Source of the DNA: Candidatus Poseidoniaceae archaeon
GTDB lineage: Archaea > Thermoplasmatota > Poseidoniia > Poseidoniales > Poseidoniaceae
Reading direction: 5' to 3'
Assembly (NCBI GenBank): GCA_965662895.1
Contig: CBFIJH010000002.1
Coordinates: 1-64,000, forward strand
DNA: 64,000 nt
Both the position numbers and the translations under genes were made by a program. The notes below the pieces were generated by a model. It had not been told where the DNA came from and did no database searches. It saw only the letters and a list, made by a program, of their open reading frames with translations. Shown one piece after another: positions 48,164 through 58,203 of the stretch; the stretch's first letter is position 1; each line of letters begins with the position of its first letter.

Positions 48164-49332
48164 CGAACAAATCAGATAAAAAAATGCTAACAGTCGGTGA
48201 CTTGTTCACCATGATGAACAAACTTGTTGAAGTGGATGGTGTCGTCGGCGAAGACGGGTTGGTGCACATCGAGACCATCAAGAAAGATCTCGGAAGTGAA
48301 GACGATGAAATCTCCTCAGGCGAAGCGATGAGCATTCTCACTTCTCTCGCTGCTTCAGACTCGGATGAAAGCGATGAAGAGATGCTTGCTATACGCGAGA
48401 TGATCGATTCATATTTTCAAGAATCAAATGCTGAAGAAGAGGAATCCGATGAACCCAACAAAGTCGCCGAAGAGAGTGACGAACAAGAAGAAGATAATAC
48501 GGAAGAGGAGGAAGCAGAAGACGCCGCATCGCCCGAAGAGGACATTCCAGACTCAACACGTAACCTTGACATTGGCGGCGATGCCCACATGTGGATTCAT
48601 GATTTGGATTTGCATTATGGAAATGCACAGGCCATCTACAACGTATCAATTCCGTTTGAACGAAATGCTGTTACAGCATTGATTGGGCCATCAGGTTGCG
48701 GGAAATCGACGCTGCTTCGTTGTCTCAATCGAATGAATGACCTCATTTCAATTTGCAAGATCGACGGGAAAATTGAACTCGAAGATGACAACATCATGAC
48801 CCGTGGTGCCGATTTGGTGACAATTCGTCGACGCGTTGGAATGGTTTTCCAAAAGCCAAACCCATTCCCGAAGTCCATCTACGACAATGTTGCATACGGC
48901 GTTCGATTGCACTACAATCCAAGCCGTCGAGAATTGGACCGCATTGTCGAAAGTGCTCTGCGAAGAGCAGCTTTGTGGGATGAAGTCAGCGATCGACTTC
49001 ACGAACTCGGGACAAGTCTCTCGGGTGGCCAACAGCAACGACTTTGCATCGCCCGAACAATTGCAGTTGAACCTGAAGTCATTCTTATGGACGAACCATG
49101 CTCAGCACTCGATCCAATTGCAACGGCAAAAATCGAAGAATTGATTCTCGAATTGAAGAAACACTTCACAGTTGTAATTGTCACACACTCGATGTCTCAA
49201 GCGCAACGTGTTAGTGACTACACGGCGTTCATGTACCTCGGTCGACTGGTTGAATTCGATAAAACCCCAGTCATTTTTGGTGATCCGAACATGGAATTGA
49301 CACGTCGATACATTTCTGGTCGTTTCGGTTGA
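48160..49332 (+). CDS. pstB: Phosphate ABC ATPase PstB with a ~140-aa N-terminal extension
   Basis: [53 protein letters not shown] and YISGRFG; AGGAGG upstream and ATGA overlap with pstA. Confidence 0.96.
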   Translation: MTNKSDKKMLTVGDLFTMMNKLVEVDGVVGEDGLVHIETIKKDLGSEDDEISSGEAMSILTSLAASDSDESDEEMLAIREMIDSYFQESNAEEEESDEPNKVAEESDEQEEDNTEEEEAEDAASPEEDIPDSTRNLDIGGDAHMWIHDLDLHYGNAQAIYNVSIPFERNAVTALIGPSGCGKSTLLRCLNRMNDLISICKIDGKIELEDDNIMTRGADLVTIRRRVGMVFQKPNPFPKSIYDNVAYGVRLHYNPSRRELDRIVESALRRAALWDEVSDRLHELGTSLSGGQQQRLCIARTIAVEPEVILMDEPCSALDPIATAKIEELILELKKHFTVVIVTHSMSQAQRVSDYTAFMYLGRLVEFDKTPVIFGDPNMELTRRYISGRFG

Positions 49333-49422
49333 TGCAACAGAATCATCAACAGCCAATGCTTGATGGTTCAATGAAAGTGTTGTTCCATTAAAGGGCAAAG
49401 AAGATGTATCTCGTGCTCAAGA

Positions 49423-50184
49423 GTGGCCACTATGAAGATGAAGGCGATTCTCGTTGCGGGGGGCAAAGGCTCTCGCCTTTATCCCTTTACAAGGTACACC
49501 CAAAAGACGCTGTTACCACTCTACAATCGACCAGTCATCGATTACGCTCTTGGGACAATTCGGCGTGGTGGGATTACTCGAATCACCATCATTTCCAACG
49601 AACACATCGGCCACATTGCAAAACACGTCGGCCAAAGTATGGAAGGTGAGCAAATCCATTACGTCCTCGAAGAAGAACCACAAGGCGTAGCCCAAGCTTT
49701 GCAACTTGCTCGACCTCACAATGAAAACAGCCGATTGATGATCTACTTTTCAGACAACATTACCACCGTTGAATTTGATGAAATTATTCAAGAGTTTAAG
49801 CAAGCAGAACATCCTCCTGGCTGCCTCCTGCTTGCACGAGAAGAAGAGCATCCCCAAGCCTTCGGTGTTGCTGTCCTCGATGAGAATGGAGATATTGTCG
49901 ATGTGGTGGAAAAACCGAAAAATCCACCATCAAATCTTGCAATTGGTGGCATTTACCTCTTTGATGAAACCTTTTGGGACAAACTTGATGATGCAGTCGA
50001 GAAGAAAGGTGATGACTTCTCAATATCTGATATCAATCGGGCATACATTGCTGAAGGAAAGGCAAACTTTGTTTCCGTAGGTGCTGAAACATGGGTCGAT
50101 TGTGGTACGCCTGAAACCCTGCTTCAAGCGAGTATTATGGCGAAAGACGGGAAACTTAACCCGCACCCGTATCGTGAAAGGTGA
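49423..50184 (+). CDS. Sugar-phosphate nucleotidyltransferase (RmlA-like)
   Basis: [16 protein letters not shown]...K.LLP, EKP and WVDCGT. Confidence 0.9.
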   Translation: MATMKMKAILVAGGKGSRLYPFTRYTQKTLLPLYNRPVIDYALGTIRRGGITRITIISNEHIGHIAKHVGQSMEGEQIHYVLEEEPQGVAQALQLARPHNENSRLMIYFSDNITTVEFDEIIQEFKQAEHPPGCLLLAREEEHPQAFGVAVLDENGDIVDVVEKPKNPPSNLAIGGIYLFDETFWDKLDDAVEKKGDDFSISDINRAYIAEGKANFVSVGAETWVDCGTPETLLQASIMAKDGKLNPHPYRER

Positions 50185-50188
50185 TTGG

Positions 50189-51013
50189 ATGAAGATTGGA
50201 ATAATTGGGGCAGGAATGGTTGGTGGAGCAATTGAGCATTGCTTTGAACATGCGCACGAACTTTTCGTGCACGATCCTGTGCGTGGAACAGACCTATCCA
50301 TCGTAACAGACAACGTCGATTTTGCTTACATCGCCGTGCCGACCCCTCCGCATCCAGAGACAGGGGCATGCGATACACGCATTGTTGAAGCGACGCTTGA
50401 TGCCTTACCAGATGGATTTACAGCTGTCATCAAAAGTACTGTAGTACCAGGCACGACACAACGCTATCACGAGGAATATCCAAATCTAAAAATTGCATAT
50501 TCCCCTGAATTTTTGGTTGAACGTCAACGATTGGAGGATTTTGCAAATCAAGACATCCTTGTTTGTGGTACGCATCATGCGGATGTTGCAGAGCGCGTCT
50601 TTGAACAACATCGACAAGCAGGTGTGCTTCGCAGAAACCAGACATTTCAAGTTACTCCGACACAGGCTGAATTGGTCAAATACACCAAGAACACATTTTA
50701 TGCAATGAAGGTCACATTCGCAAACCAACTCTACGATATATGCGAAGGATTGGGCGAAGATTGGTACAAGATTCGTGAAATTATTACGGCTGAACAGGCA
50801 CAACCAATTGGGCCCTCTCACCTCGATCCTATCTTTGGATTGAATCGGGGTTTTGGAGGAAAATGCTTGCCGAAAGATTCCTTAGCATTGGGCGTTCTTG
50901 CCGAACAACTTGGTGTAAAGTATGAATGGATGGATGCCATGCAAAACGACAACAATCGTTTGCGTTCCATTTTAACTGGGAAACCAAGCGATGTGGTCAC
51001 CAATGACGACTGA
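50189..51013 (+). CDS. UDP-glucose/GDP-mannose dehydrogenase family protein, short form
   Basis: [33 protein letters not shown] and [10 protein letters not shown]; 274 aa. Confidence 0.88.
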   Translation: MKIGIIGAGMVGGAIEHCFEHAHELFVHDPVRGTDLSIVTDNVDFAYIAVPTPPHPETGACDTRIVEATLDALPDGFTAVIKSTVVPGTTQRYHEEYPNLKIAYSPEFLVERQRLEDFANQDILVCGTHHADVAERVFEQHRQAGVLRRNQTFQVTPTQAELVKYTKNTFYAMKVTFANQLYDICEGLGEDWYKIREIITAEQAQPIGPSHLDPIFGLNRGFGGKCLPKDSLALGVLAEQLGVKYEWMDAMQNDNNRLRSILTGKPSDVVTNDD

Positions 51014-51458
51014 TTTCCAAGCACTTCATGGACGGTTTGCCCCCCGCGGATCGTTGGGTCGATTTGCGCTTGCTGGGTGCTTCAACAGCATCGTGTTCTA
51101 CATTACATGGACGTCATCAATGGCTCTTCTTCCGGAAGCCGATGTGCGAATTCTTTGGGGGACTTTCTGGGGCTTAACTGGCCTCATGGGCCATTTTGTT
51201 CATCGTTTGTATACATTCGACAATCACAAATCACTTGCATGGACCCTCCCTGCTGCAGTCCCTGTTTACGTTGGTAGTCTCGTTGGATCGAGTATGACCA
51301 TTGGCTGGTTGTCTGAGCGCTATCCAACGCAGATTGAGTGGCTTGGCATACCAAACATGGTGTGCTGGGGAATTCTCATTTGGTTGTCGATGAGGATTTT
51401 TGTCTTCCAATTCTCACCATCTACACCGCATGCGTCTCAAGAAGATCGAACGGTATAA
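51003..51458 (+). CDS. GtrA-like 4-TM protein
   Basis: [18 protein letters not shown] and C-terminal RIFVF, matching the GtrA pattern. Confidence 0.7.
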   Translation: MTTDFQALHGRFAPRGSLGRFALAGCFNSIVFYITWTSSMALLPEADVRILWGTFWGLTGLMGHFVHRLYTFDNHKSLAWTLPAAVPVYVGSLVGSSMTIGWLSERYPTQIEWLGIPNMVCWGILIWLSMRIFVFQFSPSTPHASQEDRTV

Positions 51459-51783
51459 TGCTCAATGCTTCTTCATGAGTCGCTTCCAAATCAACAGGGC
51501 AAGCGGACCCTGCATGGACTGCGGCAAGCCACGTTCGTGCGCAAACACACCATGAATCACCAGGCTTCAATCCTGGAAATGAGAAATGAGGGGCTGGTGT
51601 CATCAGATCATTTCCCTGAGCTTTTGCATACTCAAGAAAGTCCTGAGTCACAACACAACACACTGTATGCGAACCTCGGTCATTGTCGTCAGTATTGCAG
51701 CACCCGTCTCTGTACCAGCCCGTAAGAGGGTCCGATGAACACGTCTTGAGTTTTGTACCGAGTACATTGACCGATGGATGCAT
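51421..51783 (-). CDS. DUF2237 family protein
   Basis: NVLG..L..CS.DPLTGWYRDGCC, GNDL.TP and FPGLKPGD.WCVCA. Confidence 0.92.
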   Translation of the reverse strand: MHPSVNVLGTKLKTCSSDPLTGWYRDGCCNTDDNDRGSHTVCCVVTQDFLEYAKAQGNDLMTPAPHFSFPGLKPGDSWCVCARTWLAAVHAGSACPVDLEATHEEALSIIPFDLLETHAV

Positions 51784-51899
51784 GATGAACCGTTAAGGTA
51801 CTCACCTATCAATCATGGTGTGGACGCACAGAATTGCCTGAAAAATCACGGGTTTCTTCAAGAGAGGAGGCGAGAGGTTCTTGATGGAGAAGTACGACA

Positions 51900-52340
51900 G
51901 TGGTTCAGATGCTACCTGATACCCTCCAGAATTTGCCTCGTGATGAACGATATGCTTACGCGCGCCTTCTCGCTTACATGGCCCGAGTTGATGAAGAAAT
52001 CACCGTTGACGAACTGGCCATGTTTGAACAACAACTCGGAAAAGCACTCCTTTCACCAAATCAGCGTGAAGTATTGCGAAGGGCCTTGAAGAATCCACCG
52101 ACACTGGAAGAATGCTTGGACGGCCTCGGCCCAGAAGCTGGACGTCTCGCATTGCGTGATGCCGTTCTTATGGCCGCCTCAGATGGAACAGTCGATGATG
52201 ATGAACTTGAGGTTTTGAAAGAAATTGCAGAACATCTCGGACTTGTACCCGATGCTGTCCAGCAACTCATTGAATGGACGAAGACCGGGTATTCGTGGAT
52301 GCAAGATGGTTACGATTTGCTCAACTCACTCGAAGGCTGA
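51900..52340 (+). CDS. TerB-family (tellurite resistance-like) protein
   Basis: MARVDEEITVDE and MAASDGTVDDDELEVLKEIA, the twin TerB motifs. Confidence 0.82.
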   Translation: MVQMLPDTLQNLPRDERYAYARLLAYMARVDEEITVDELAMFEQQLGKALLSPNQREVLRRALKNPPTLEECLDGLGPEAGRLALRDAVLMAASDGTVDDDELEVLKEIAEHLGLVPDAVQQLIEWTKTGYSWMQDGYDLLNSLEG

Positions 52341-52346
52341 TTCGCT

Positions 52347-52796
52347 ATGTTTTGCGACGGTGTCGCTGATTTGGATGCTGCTGAGAGAGCGCGTTACGCT
52401 GACTTGCTTGTTCTCATTGCTGCTGCAGATGGAGAGCTTGTAAGAGAAGAAATCCAATTACTTGAAGCGTTCATGGGTAGGGCGATGGTTCATCCAGAAA
52501 CTCGTACATCGATTCGTCGCGGTTTGTTCGATACGGCTCGTTTGTCAAATCTACTGAAAAATGCTGAAACGGATACACTACGCTATGCATTGAGAGACGG
52601 TCTTCTCCTCGCAGCCGCAGATGGCGATTATGACCGACGAGAAATACGTATTTTGAAAAAAATCGCCTCAACCGCTGAGATTGCAGAAGAAGACCTCAAG
52701 GCCATGTTTGATTGGGTTGCGGAAGGTTGGGAATGGCACAGAAAAGGTACCACCCTCGCAAACTTGCTCGCGCGAGAGAATTTACCCTCAGAATGA
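52347..52796 (+). CDS. TerB-family protein (paralog of the upstream gene)
   Basis: IAAADGELVREE and LAAADGDYDRREIRILKKIA; shares ER..YA.LL, ALRD and W...G..W with the upstream paralog. Confidence 0.82.
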   Translation: MFCDGVADLDAAERARYADLLVLIAAADGELVREEIQLLEAFMGRAMVHPETRTSIRRGLFDTARLSNLLKNAETDTLRYALRDGLLLAAADGDYDRREIRILKKIASTAEIAEEDLKAMFDWVAEGWEWHRKGTTLANLLARENLPSE

Positions 52797-52834
52797 AACA
52801 TTTCATCATTTCAACAGGCACATTCAAACCATGA

Positions 52835-54844
52835 TTGAATACCCACTGGTTGGGGCGGACTATGCAAAACGGAGTTAGCGGCTGGTATGCAAGATTAGAT
52901 CGATGCTTGAACAACAGACAAACACAAATCGAAATGTGGCTTGATGCATGGGAACAGTCGCTTCGAAATCACCAGCCTATTGCAGCCCTTTTGCCAGAAG
53001 ACTGGCCAACACTCCCAGCAAATCTCTTGACCGATCCTGGTCATGTCCTTGACCATCTGCTTGCTCGCCATGATGCAGAGTCGGATGGTCGCTCTCCACG
53101 TGGAGCGCATCCTACTCCTCCTCGCCTTGCAGATTCAATCATCTCTTCTGAAATGCTTGAGGCGACCATTCAGCCAAAAGTCAAGAAGCAAACAACAAAC
53201 ATGCATCTTGCCGATCTCCCCCCAGGCTTTCAAAAACACATCAAGAAACTCAATTTCCCCCCAAGTGAAGAAGAGGTGACACTTGATGAAGACGCAATCG
53301 AAGCAGTCCGTCGTAACGAGCGGACAAGTAGTGGAATCCCTCTCCCATTTTCTGACATGTCTTGTGGCGGTGGAATCTTCCATGCCCGCATGCTCCGTAA
53401 GCACAGTGAGATGTTTGAGGAACAGGACCCCGAACTTCGCAAAGAGGATACAGAACGGCTCTTCCGTGGTTTTCAACTCGTTGATGTTGATGATTTGGTT
53501 GTTCGATCAACCCGAAGGCGATTGCTTTTGGAAGCCATTAAACTCGACCTCGTTGCACTAAGCGGAGAGCAAGAAGGAAAACTCACACGGGGAGTTGTTG
53601 AAGACATTTTGGAACAAAACATCGTTTGTTCTGATACACTGCAAGAACTGTGGCCATGGACTGAAGCGCCCCGTCTAATCATCTCAAACCCTCCGTGGCT
53701 TCGAATAAAAGACCGCTTCCGAGGCATGGAAGATGGCTCCCAGCGACGTAAGGAGTTGAGTGAAAAACTTCGAAACCTCTCGAACGAGGATGGTCCTCGT
53801 TTCTCAACCATGCGTGGCAATGTGAACCTCTACCGTCTCTTTATTGAGCGCGGGATGCAAGTCTTATCCGTTGATGGAAATATGCGGATTGTCGCTCCTG
53901 ACAGCCTCCTGAGAGAACAATCCTCGCATCCGCTCCGCAAACTCCTCGTGGAAAAGCACTCTTGGAACGAAGTTTGGGCAATTGAAGAGGCCAACCTTTT
54001 GTTCCCTGGCATGACGCAGGGAGTTGCAATTCTTGGTATTTCATCAACGCCAAATGGGACGGAAGCTCTCAAGATCATCGGGCCTGTGACTCGGTCTGAT
54101 CTTCGTCGTGTAGGCTCAGGCCTTTCCTCTCGTGTTCCATCGTTCATGCTCAACCAAGAGCAATGGGTTCAGTGGGCAAGAAACACGTGGGCAATTCCAC
54201 GATTGCCGCGCGACCAAATCGAACGAAAGAACATTCTCAAGATCCTTGATAGTATGTCTCAACTACCGCGACTTGGAGACCATGACCATTGGCTTGCAAC
54301 CCATGAGCAAACGGTCAAGGTACGAGTCGGTGAAATCGACCAAACTGCTCATTCAACAAACATCTCAAGTTGGGATAAGACAAAGTCGTCTCGGCCGTTC
54401 ATCCGTGGAGTACACTTCACAGAAGATGAAACTGGGAATGTTTACATCCGCCATCCAGCGTTTCGCAAAGATATCCCGTCCCGAGCCAATGAACGACAGC
54501 TTGCAATGTGGTCTGGAAAAACCGAAGTGCAAACCTATGGTCCGCGACTTGCATGTCAAGCAATTGTCAACGCTCATCAGGAACGACGTCTTCGTTGGGC
54601 CGTCATTCCAGAAGGATGCATATTAGGAAACAGTGTAAACCACATCGAGATGAACCAATCCATCTTAAACAGACTCACTGCTACAAAAGGCAATCTACAG
54701 AAGTCGTTGGAATGGATGTGCGAACAACTTAATCAGCGAGATCTTGACGATTGGGCCAAAGCATGGTCAGCGAACAACAACGTCAACAACTACGAACTGG
54801 AGATGCTCCCCCTCCAACTTAATGTTGAAGAAGTCGTTAATTGA
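52835..54844 (+). CDS. N6-adenine DNA methyltransferase, Eco57I/TaqI-like (gamma order)
   Basis: GAHPTP (motif X-like), DMSCGGGIF (motif I), SNPPW (motif IV), NLYRLFIER and P.SLL; TRD-like C-terminus. Confidence 0.8.
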   Translation: MNTHWLGRTMQNGVSGWYARLDRCLNNRQTQIEMWLDAWEQSLRNHQPIAALLPEDWPTLPANLLTDPGHVLDHLLARHDAESDGRSPRGAHPTPPRLADSIISSEMLEATIQPKVKKQTTNMHLADLPPGFQKHIKKLNFPPSEEEVTLDEDAIEAVRRNERTSSGIPLPFSDMSCGGGIFHARMLRKHSEMFEEQDPELRKEDTERLFRGFQLVDVDDLVVRSTRRRLLLEAIKLDLVALSGEQEGKLTRGVVEDILEQNIVCSDTLQELWPWTEAPRLIISNPPWLRIKDRFRGMEDGSQRRKELSEKLRNLSNEDGPRFSTMRGNVNLYRLFIERGMQVLSVDGNMRIVAPDSLLREQSSHPLRKLLVEKHSWNEVWAIEEANLLFPGMTQGVAILGISSTPNGTEALKIIGPVTRSDLRRVGSGLSSRVPSFMLNQEQWVQWARNTWAIPRLPRDQIERKNILKILDSMSQLPRLGDHDHWLATHEQTVKVRVGEIDQTAHSTNISSWDKTKSSRPFIRGVHFTEDETGNVYIRHPAFRKDIPSRANERQLAMWSGKTEVQTYGPRLACQAIVNAHQERRLRWAVIPEGCILGNSVNHIEMNQSILNRLTATKGNLQKSLEWMCEQLNQRDLDDWAKAWSANNNVNNYELEMLPLQLNVEEVVN

Positions 54845-54940
54845 ATCAAGAACGTCCTTACACAAGTAAATGAATACGATATTTTATATCCAAACCCTTG
54901 GTAGTACAGATTGGTATTTGTCAATTGGAGGATTTTAACA

Positions 54941-55519
54941 ATGGGTATTCATCCTAAAATTGGCATTACGGGTCTCCCCCGTAGTGGAAAATCTGCTGTC
55001 ATGGAAAAGGTCCTTTCCATGCTGAAAGAAGAACGGGAGCGAGAGCTGTCCGCAAGAAATCTCGGCGATACTGAAATTATTGGAGGTATTTGTACAGAGC
55101 CAATCCTCGAAAACGGAGAACGTCTTGGTTACAAGGTCCGAAATTTAGTGACGGGAGATGAAGGAGAAATTGCACACAAGAGCATTGACTCACGATTACG
55201 TGTTCTCGGATATGGACTCAACACAGCCGAACTCGAACGCGTTGCACTTCCTGCCATACAACATGCAATCGACAACTGTGAGGTGATAGTTATTGACGAA
55301 ATTGGTAAATTCGCTGTCGAATCGGAAGCATTCGTAAATTCTGTAAGAAGCGCACTCGAAATCGACAAACCAACGCTTCTTACACTTCACAAAAAAAGCC
55401 GTCATCCTTTGCTTCAAGACATTCGAAGACGTGATGATGGGCGTATTCTCGAAGTTACGCCTGTCAATCGAGCCCTTCTTCCGTACAAGATTCATAAATT
55501 GATGCGAGAAACGTATTGA
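54941..55519 (+). CDS. Nucleoside-triphosphatase, THEP1/NTPase_1 family
   Basis: ITGLPRSGKS, GGI.T, IVIDEIGKF and TLH. Confidence 0.9.
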   Translation: MGIHPKIGITGLPRSGKSAVMEKVLSMLKEERERELSARNLGDTEIIGGICTEPILENGERLGYKVRNLVTGDEGEIAHKSIDSRLRVLGYGLNTAELERVALPAIQHAIDNCEVIVIDEIGKFAVESEAFVNSVRSALEIDKPTLLTLHKKSRHPLLQDIRRRDDGRILEVTPVNRALLPYKIHKLMRETY

Positions 55520-55559
55520 TGACGCTGGTTTCTTACCTTGCACCACATCCGAGGTATCA

Positions 55560-55883
55560 ATGACCCCTGCGGACCGTGCCCGGAAAATCTTAACCGGAAC
55601 GGGACTTTGTCTCATGTTCGTTTTTGCTGTTGGCCTTCAATCTGACCGCTATTCGACTCGTCCGGATATCGGCTGGATTTTTCCTCTTGTTGGGATTCTC
55701 CTCATTGCCTTGGGGATGAAGGCCGGTACATTTAGCCGACAATTTCCTGACGAGTCAGATGATGCAATGGTGCAACGCGTTCAAGAAAATGTTGAACAGA
55801 CGGAACGTGACAAGAATGTTGGTCAAGCGTGGGCTTCATTGGAACAGAATGTTCTAAAATTTGCAATCTCCGAATCAGAATAA
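55560..55883 (+). CDS. Hypothetical 2-TM protein
   Basis: GAGGT RBS; two hydrophobic helices. Confidence 0.65.
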   Translation: MTPADRARKILTGTGLCLMFVFAVGLQSDRYSTRPDIGWIFPLVGILLIALGMKAGTFSRQFPDESDDAMVQRVQENVEQTERDKNVGQAWASLEQNVLKFAISESE

Positions 55884-55942
55884 GAAATTTTCGAAGCGGT
55901 TGTTTCATACCCTTTGTTTGCATGCCTAGGGATAGTGAGAGC

Positions 55943-56326
55943 ATGAGTGAAATACCTACTGAGTTGTATTATACGAAAGAACACGAATGGATTCGACTGG
56001 ATGGAGATATCGCCACAATCGGCATTACGGACCATGCCCAAGATGCGCTAACGGATATTGTGTATATCGAATTACCCGAAGGTGGAGAAGTTCTCGATGA
56101 TATGGGTGAGTTTGCTGTTGTTGAATCAGTAAAATCTGCATCACCTATTTTTGCACCGCTCGCTGGAGAGATTACTGAAGTCAATATGGACCTTGAAGAC
56201 ACACCTGAACTGATGAATTCGAGCCCATACGGAGATGGTTGGATCGTCAAGATGAAACTGACCAATCCAGGGGATGTCTCAACACTCATGTCTGCTGATG
56301 CTTATCGTAGCATGTTGGGCGAGTGA
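55943..56326 (+). CDS. gcvH: Glycine cleavage system H protein
   Basis: YTKEHEW, GITDHAQ, VESVKSAS (lipoyl Lys) and N.SPYGDGW. Confidence 0.96.
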   Translation: MSEIPTELYYTKEHEWIRLDGDIATIGITDHAQDALTDIVYIELPEGGEVLDDMGEFAVVESVKSASPIFAPLAGEITEVNMDLEDTPELMNSSPYGDGWIVKMKLTNPGDVSTLMSADAYRSMLGE

Positions 56327-56871
56327 AGAGATTGAGTGAACCAACTCGGCTTACAATTTACGTCGATGGTTCTTGTGATGGAAATCAAAACGTGGATGCT
56401 TCAACGCCAGCAGGATGGGGTGTTGTCGTCGTCCAGGGCGACTCTGGTCTTGGACGTGGAAGTGGAGAAATCCAAACAGAATTTTCCGGACCTGTATCGA
56501 CATCGCCTGACGATGATGATTTCATAGGGGCTGAAGTTGGTTCAAACAATACAGCAGAACTTTCTGGTCTGTTTGCAGCTTTACGTTGGCTTCTCACAGA
56601 AGGACAATACGATGCAGTCCGAATTCGTCTTGACAGTCAGTATGCAGGAAATATTGCGACGGGTGCGTGGCGAGCAAAGGCAAATCGTGAGTTAGCAGCA
56701 CGGGTTCAATCGGTCTGGAATGAAGTCGCAAAACAGCGTGAATTAACATGGGACCATGTTCGAGCACATCGGGGGCATCGTTGGAATGAACGAGCAGACC
56801 ACCTTGCAAAACGAGCGATGCGTCGTGAGCGTCCTCTTCCTCTGACATTTTGGAAGCCGGGACACGATTAG
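56323..56871 (+). CDS. rnhA: Ribonuclease HI
   Basis: YVDGSC, NNTAEL, DSQY and HVRAHRGHRWNERADHLA. Confidence 0.92.
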   Translation: MKRLSEPTRLTIYVDGSCDGNQNVDASTPAGWGVVVVQGDSGLGRGSGEIQTEFSGPVSTSPDDDDFIGAEVGSNNTAELSGLFAALRWLLTEGQYDAVRIRLDSQYAGNIATGAWRAKANRELAARVQSVWNEVAKQRELTWDHVRAHRGHRWNERADHLAKRAMRRERPLPLTFWKPGHD

Positions 56872-57728
56872 TCGATTCGTTGTTTCAACCACGCATGGAG
56901 ATGTTCTGCGAATTCAGGTCGTTGCAATGCATGATCAATTTGAGATTTCAACCATTCAAGCGGAAGCCCGGAGTCGTACCATGCCACCGAACGATCGAGT
57001 ATGTCTGCTCGAAGATGGCCTTCATTCATCCAGTGTCGCAGCAGTTCAATGGATTGCAACTCTCCGAATTCTTCGACCGAATATTTGTCAAGTAATTCAA
57101 ATGTATTTTCGGAATAGATGTAACGTCCACAGAGCGCATAGGTCGAAGGTGCTTCATCCGGATTTGGTTTTTCAACAATTGATGTAATGATTGTGGCGTC
57201 GAGCGATACAATTCCATAATCGCTCACACGAGCAACGCCTACGTCGTAAATGGATGCGCATGGCTGTCCATACTCCTGAAAGAGGTTGACCAAGTTTTTG
57301 GAAACATCCGACGGTTTGAACGCATCAAGGCTTGCATGGTTGCGCGTGAGAATGTTGTCTCCTAGAAGGACAAGAAATGGCCCCACTATATCCTCCTTCG
57401 CCATCATGATCGCATGGCCGAGACCCTTTTGCTCGTGTTGGACGTGAAAAAAGAATTCCACATCTTCGAGAGGGTTCAGTAAGGATTCACCTTTCTCGAA
57501 TTTAGGGAATGTATGGTTCAAGTCACGTTGCAATGAAGTCAAATCCTTGCTGGGAGATGTAATGATGTGAATTCGAGTGCAACCGGCTTCTCTTGCTTCG
57601 AAGATGAGGTGATGCAATACTGGAACATCGACCAGCGGCAACAATTCCTTGGGAACATATGCGCTCGCAGGAAGCATTCTGGTACCCAGTCCCGCAGCAA
57701 CGATAACAGCATCACGAACCGTGCCCAT
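56868..57728 (-). CDS. UTP--glucose-1-phosphate uridylyltransferase (GalU-like)
   Basis: AVIVAAGLGTRMLPA...PKELLP, Q.EQKGLGHAI, LLGD, VEKP and GRY. Confidence 0.88.
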   Translation of the reverse strand: MGTVRDAVIVAAGLGTRMLPASAYVPKELLPLVDVPVLHHLIFEAREAGCTRIHIITSPSKDLTSLQRDLNHTFPKFEKGESLLNPLEDVEFFFHVQHEQKGLGHAIMMAKEDIVGPFLVLLGDNILTRNHASLDAFKPSDVSKNLVNLFQEYGQPCASIYDVGVARVSDYGIVSLDATIITSIVEKPNPDEAPSTYALCGRYIYSENTFELLDKYSVEEFGELQSIELLRHWMNEGHLRADILDRSVAWYDSGLPLEWLKSQIDHALQRPEFAEHLHAWLKQRID

Positions 57729-57780
57729 GATGCTGCTTGCAAGCGACAGGATATCAAGCGTGCACCTTGTGGTTTGTTCA

Positions 57781-58191
57781 ATGGAGTCAATACGGAAGTT
57801 GATTCTCTTCCCCATCGGATTGGTATTTCTTGCCCTAGCATTTTTCGATTTTTTACCAGCAGGCCCATGGTTGGATGCATCATTCTCGAGAGGTATGAGT
57901 GGTTTACTCGGACTTTCTCTCATCTACCTTAGTTGGTACGAACATGTGTTCAATCAATTTGGAGTGGTTCCTTCAATCAAAATGTGGAAGCAACCTGGAT
58001 CAACCTGGAAATCGGTTGTTGGAATTGGTATTGCCGTGCTTGGCCTTGCTTGGATATCCGGAAATACCTCACTTCAAAACAACCTACCAGAGCCGACAGG
58101 AATTTTGTTGATGCTCATCGGTTTGTTGATCACATACACTGGATTGTATGCATTCCTCATCACATCAGGACCTCTACGAGAAGAAGAGTAA
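57781..58191 (+). CDS. Hypothetical 4-TM membrane protein
   Basis: Four hydrophobic helices; divergent from galU. Confidence 0.65.
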   Translation: MESIRKLILFPIGLVFLALAFFDFLPAGPWLDASFSRGMSGLLGLSLIYLSWYEHVFNQFGVVPSIKMWKQPGSTWKSVVGIGIAVLGLAWISGNTSLQNNLPEPTGILLMLIGLLITYTGLYAFLITSGPLREEE

Positions 58192-58203
58192 TCCAACCTG
58201 GGA

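Noticed and set aside
52835-54844. Complete restriction-modification system or mobile island
   Set aside because: No endonuclease, integrase, transposase or att-like repeats are visible, and housekeeping genes follow directly.
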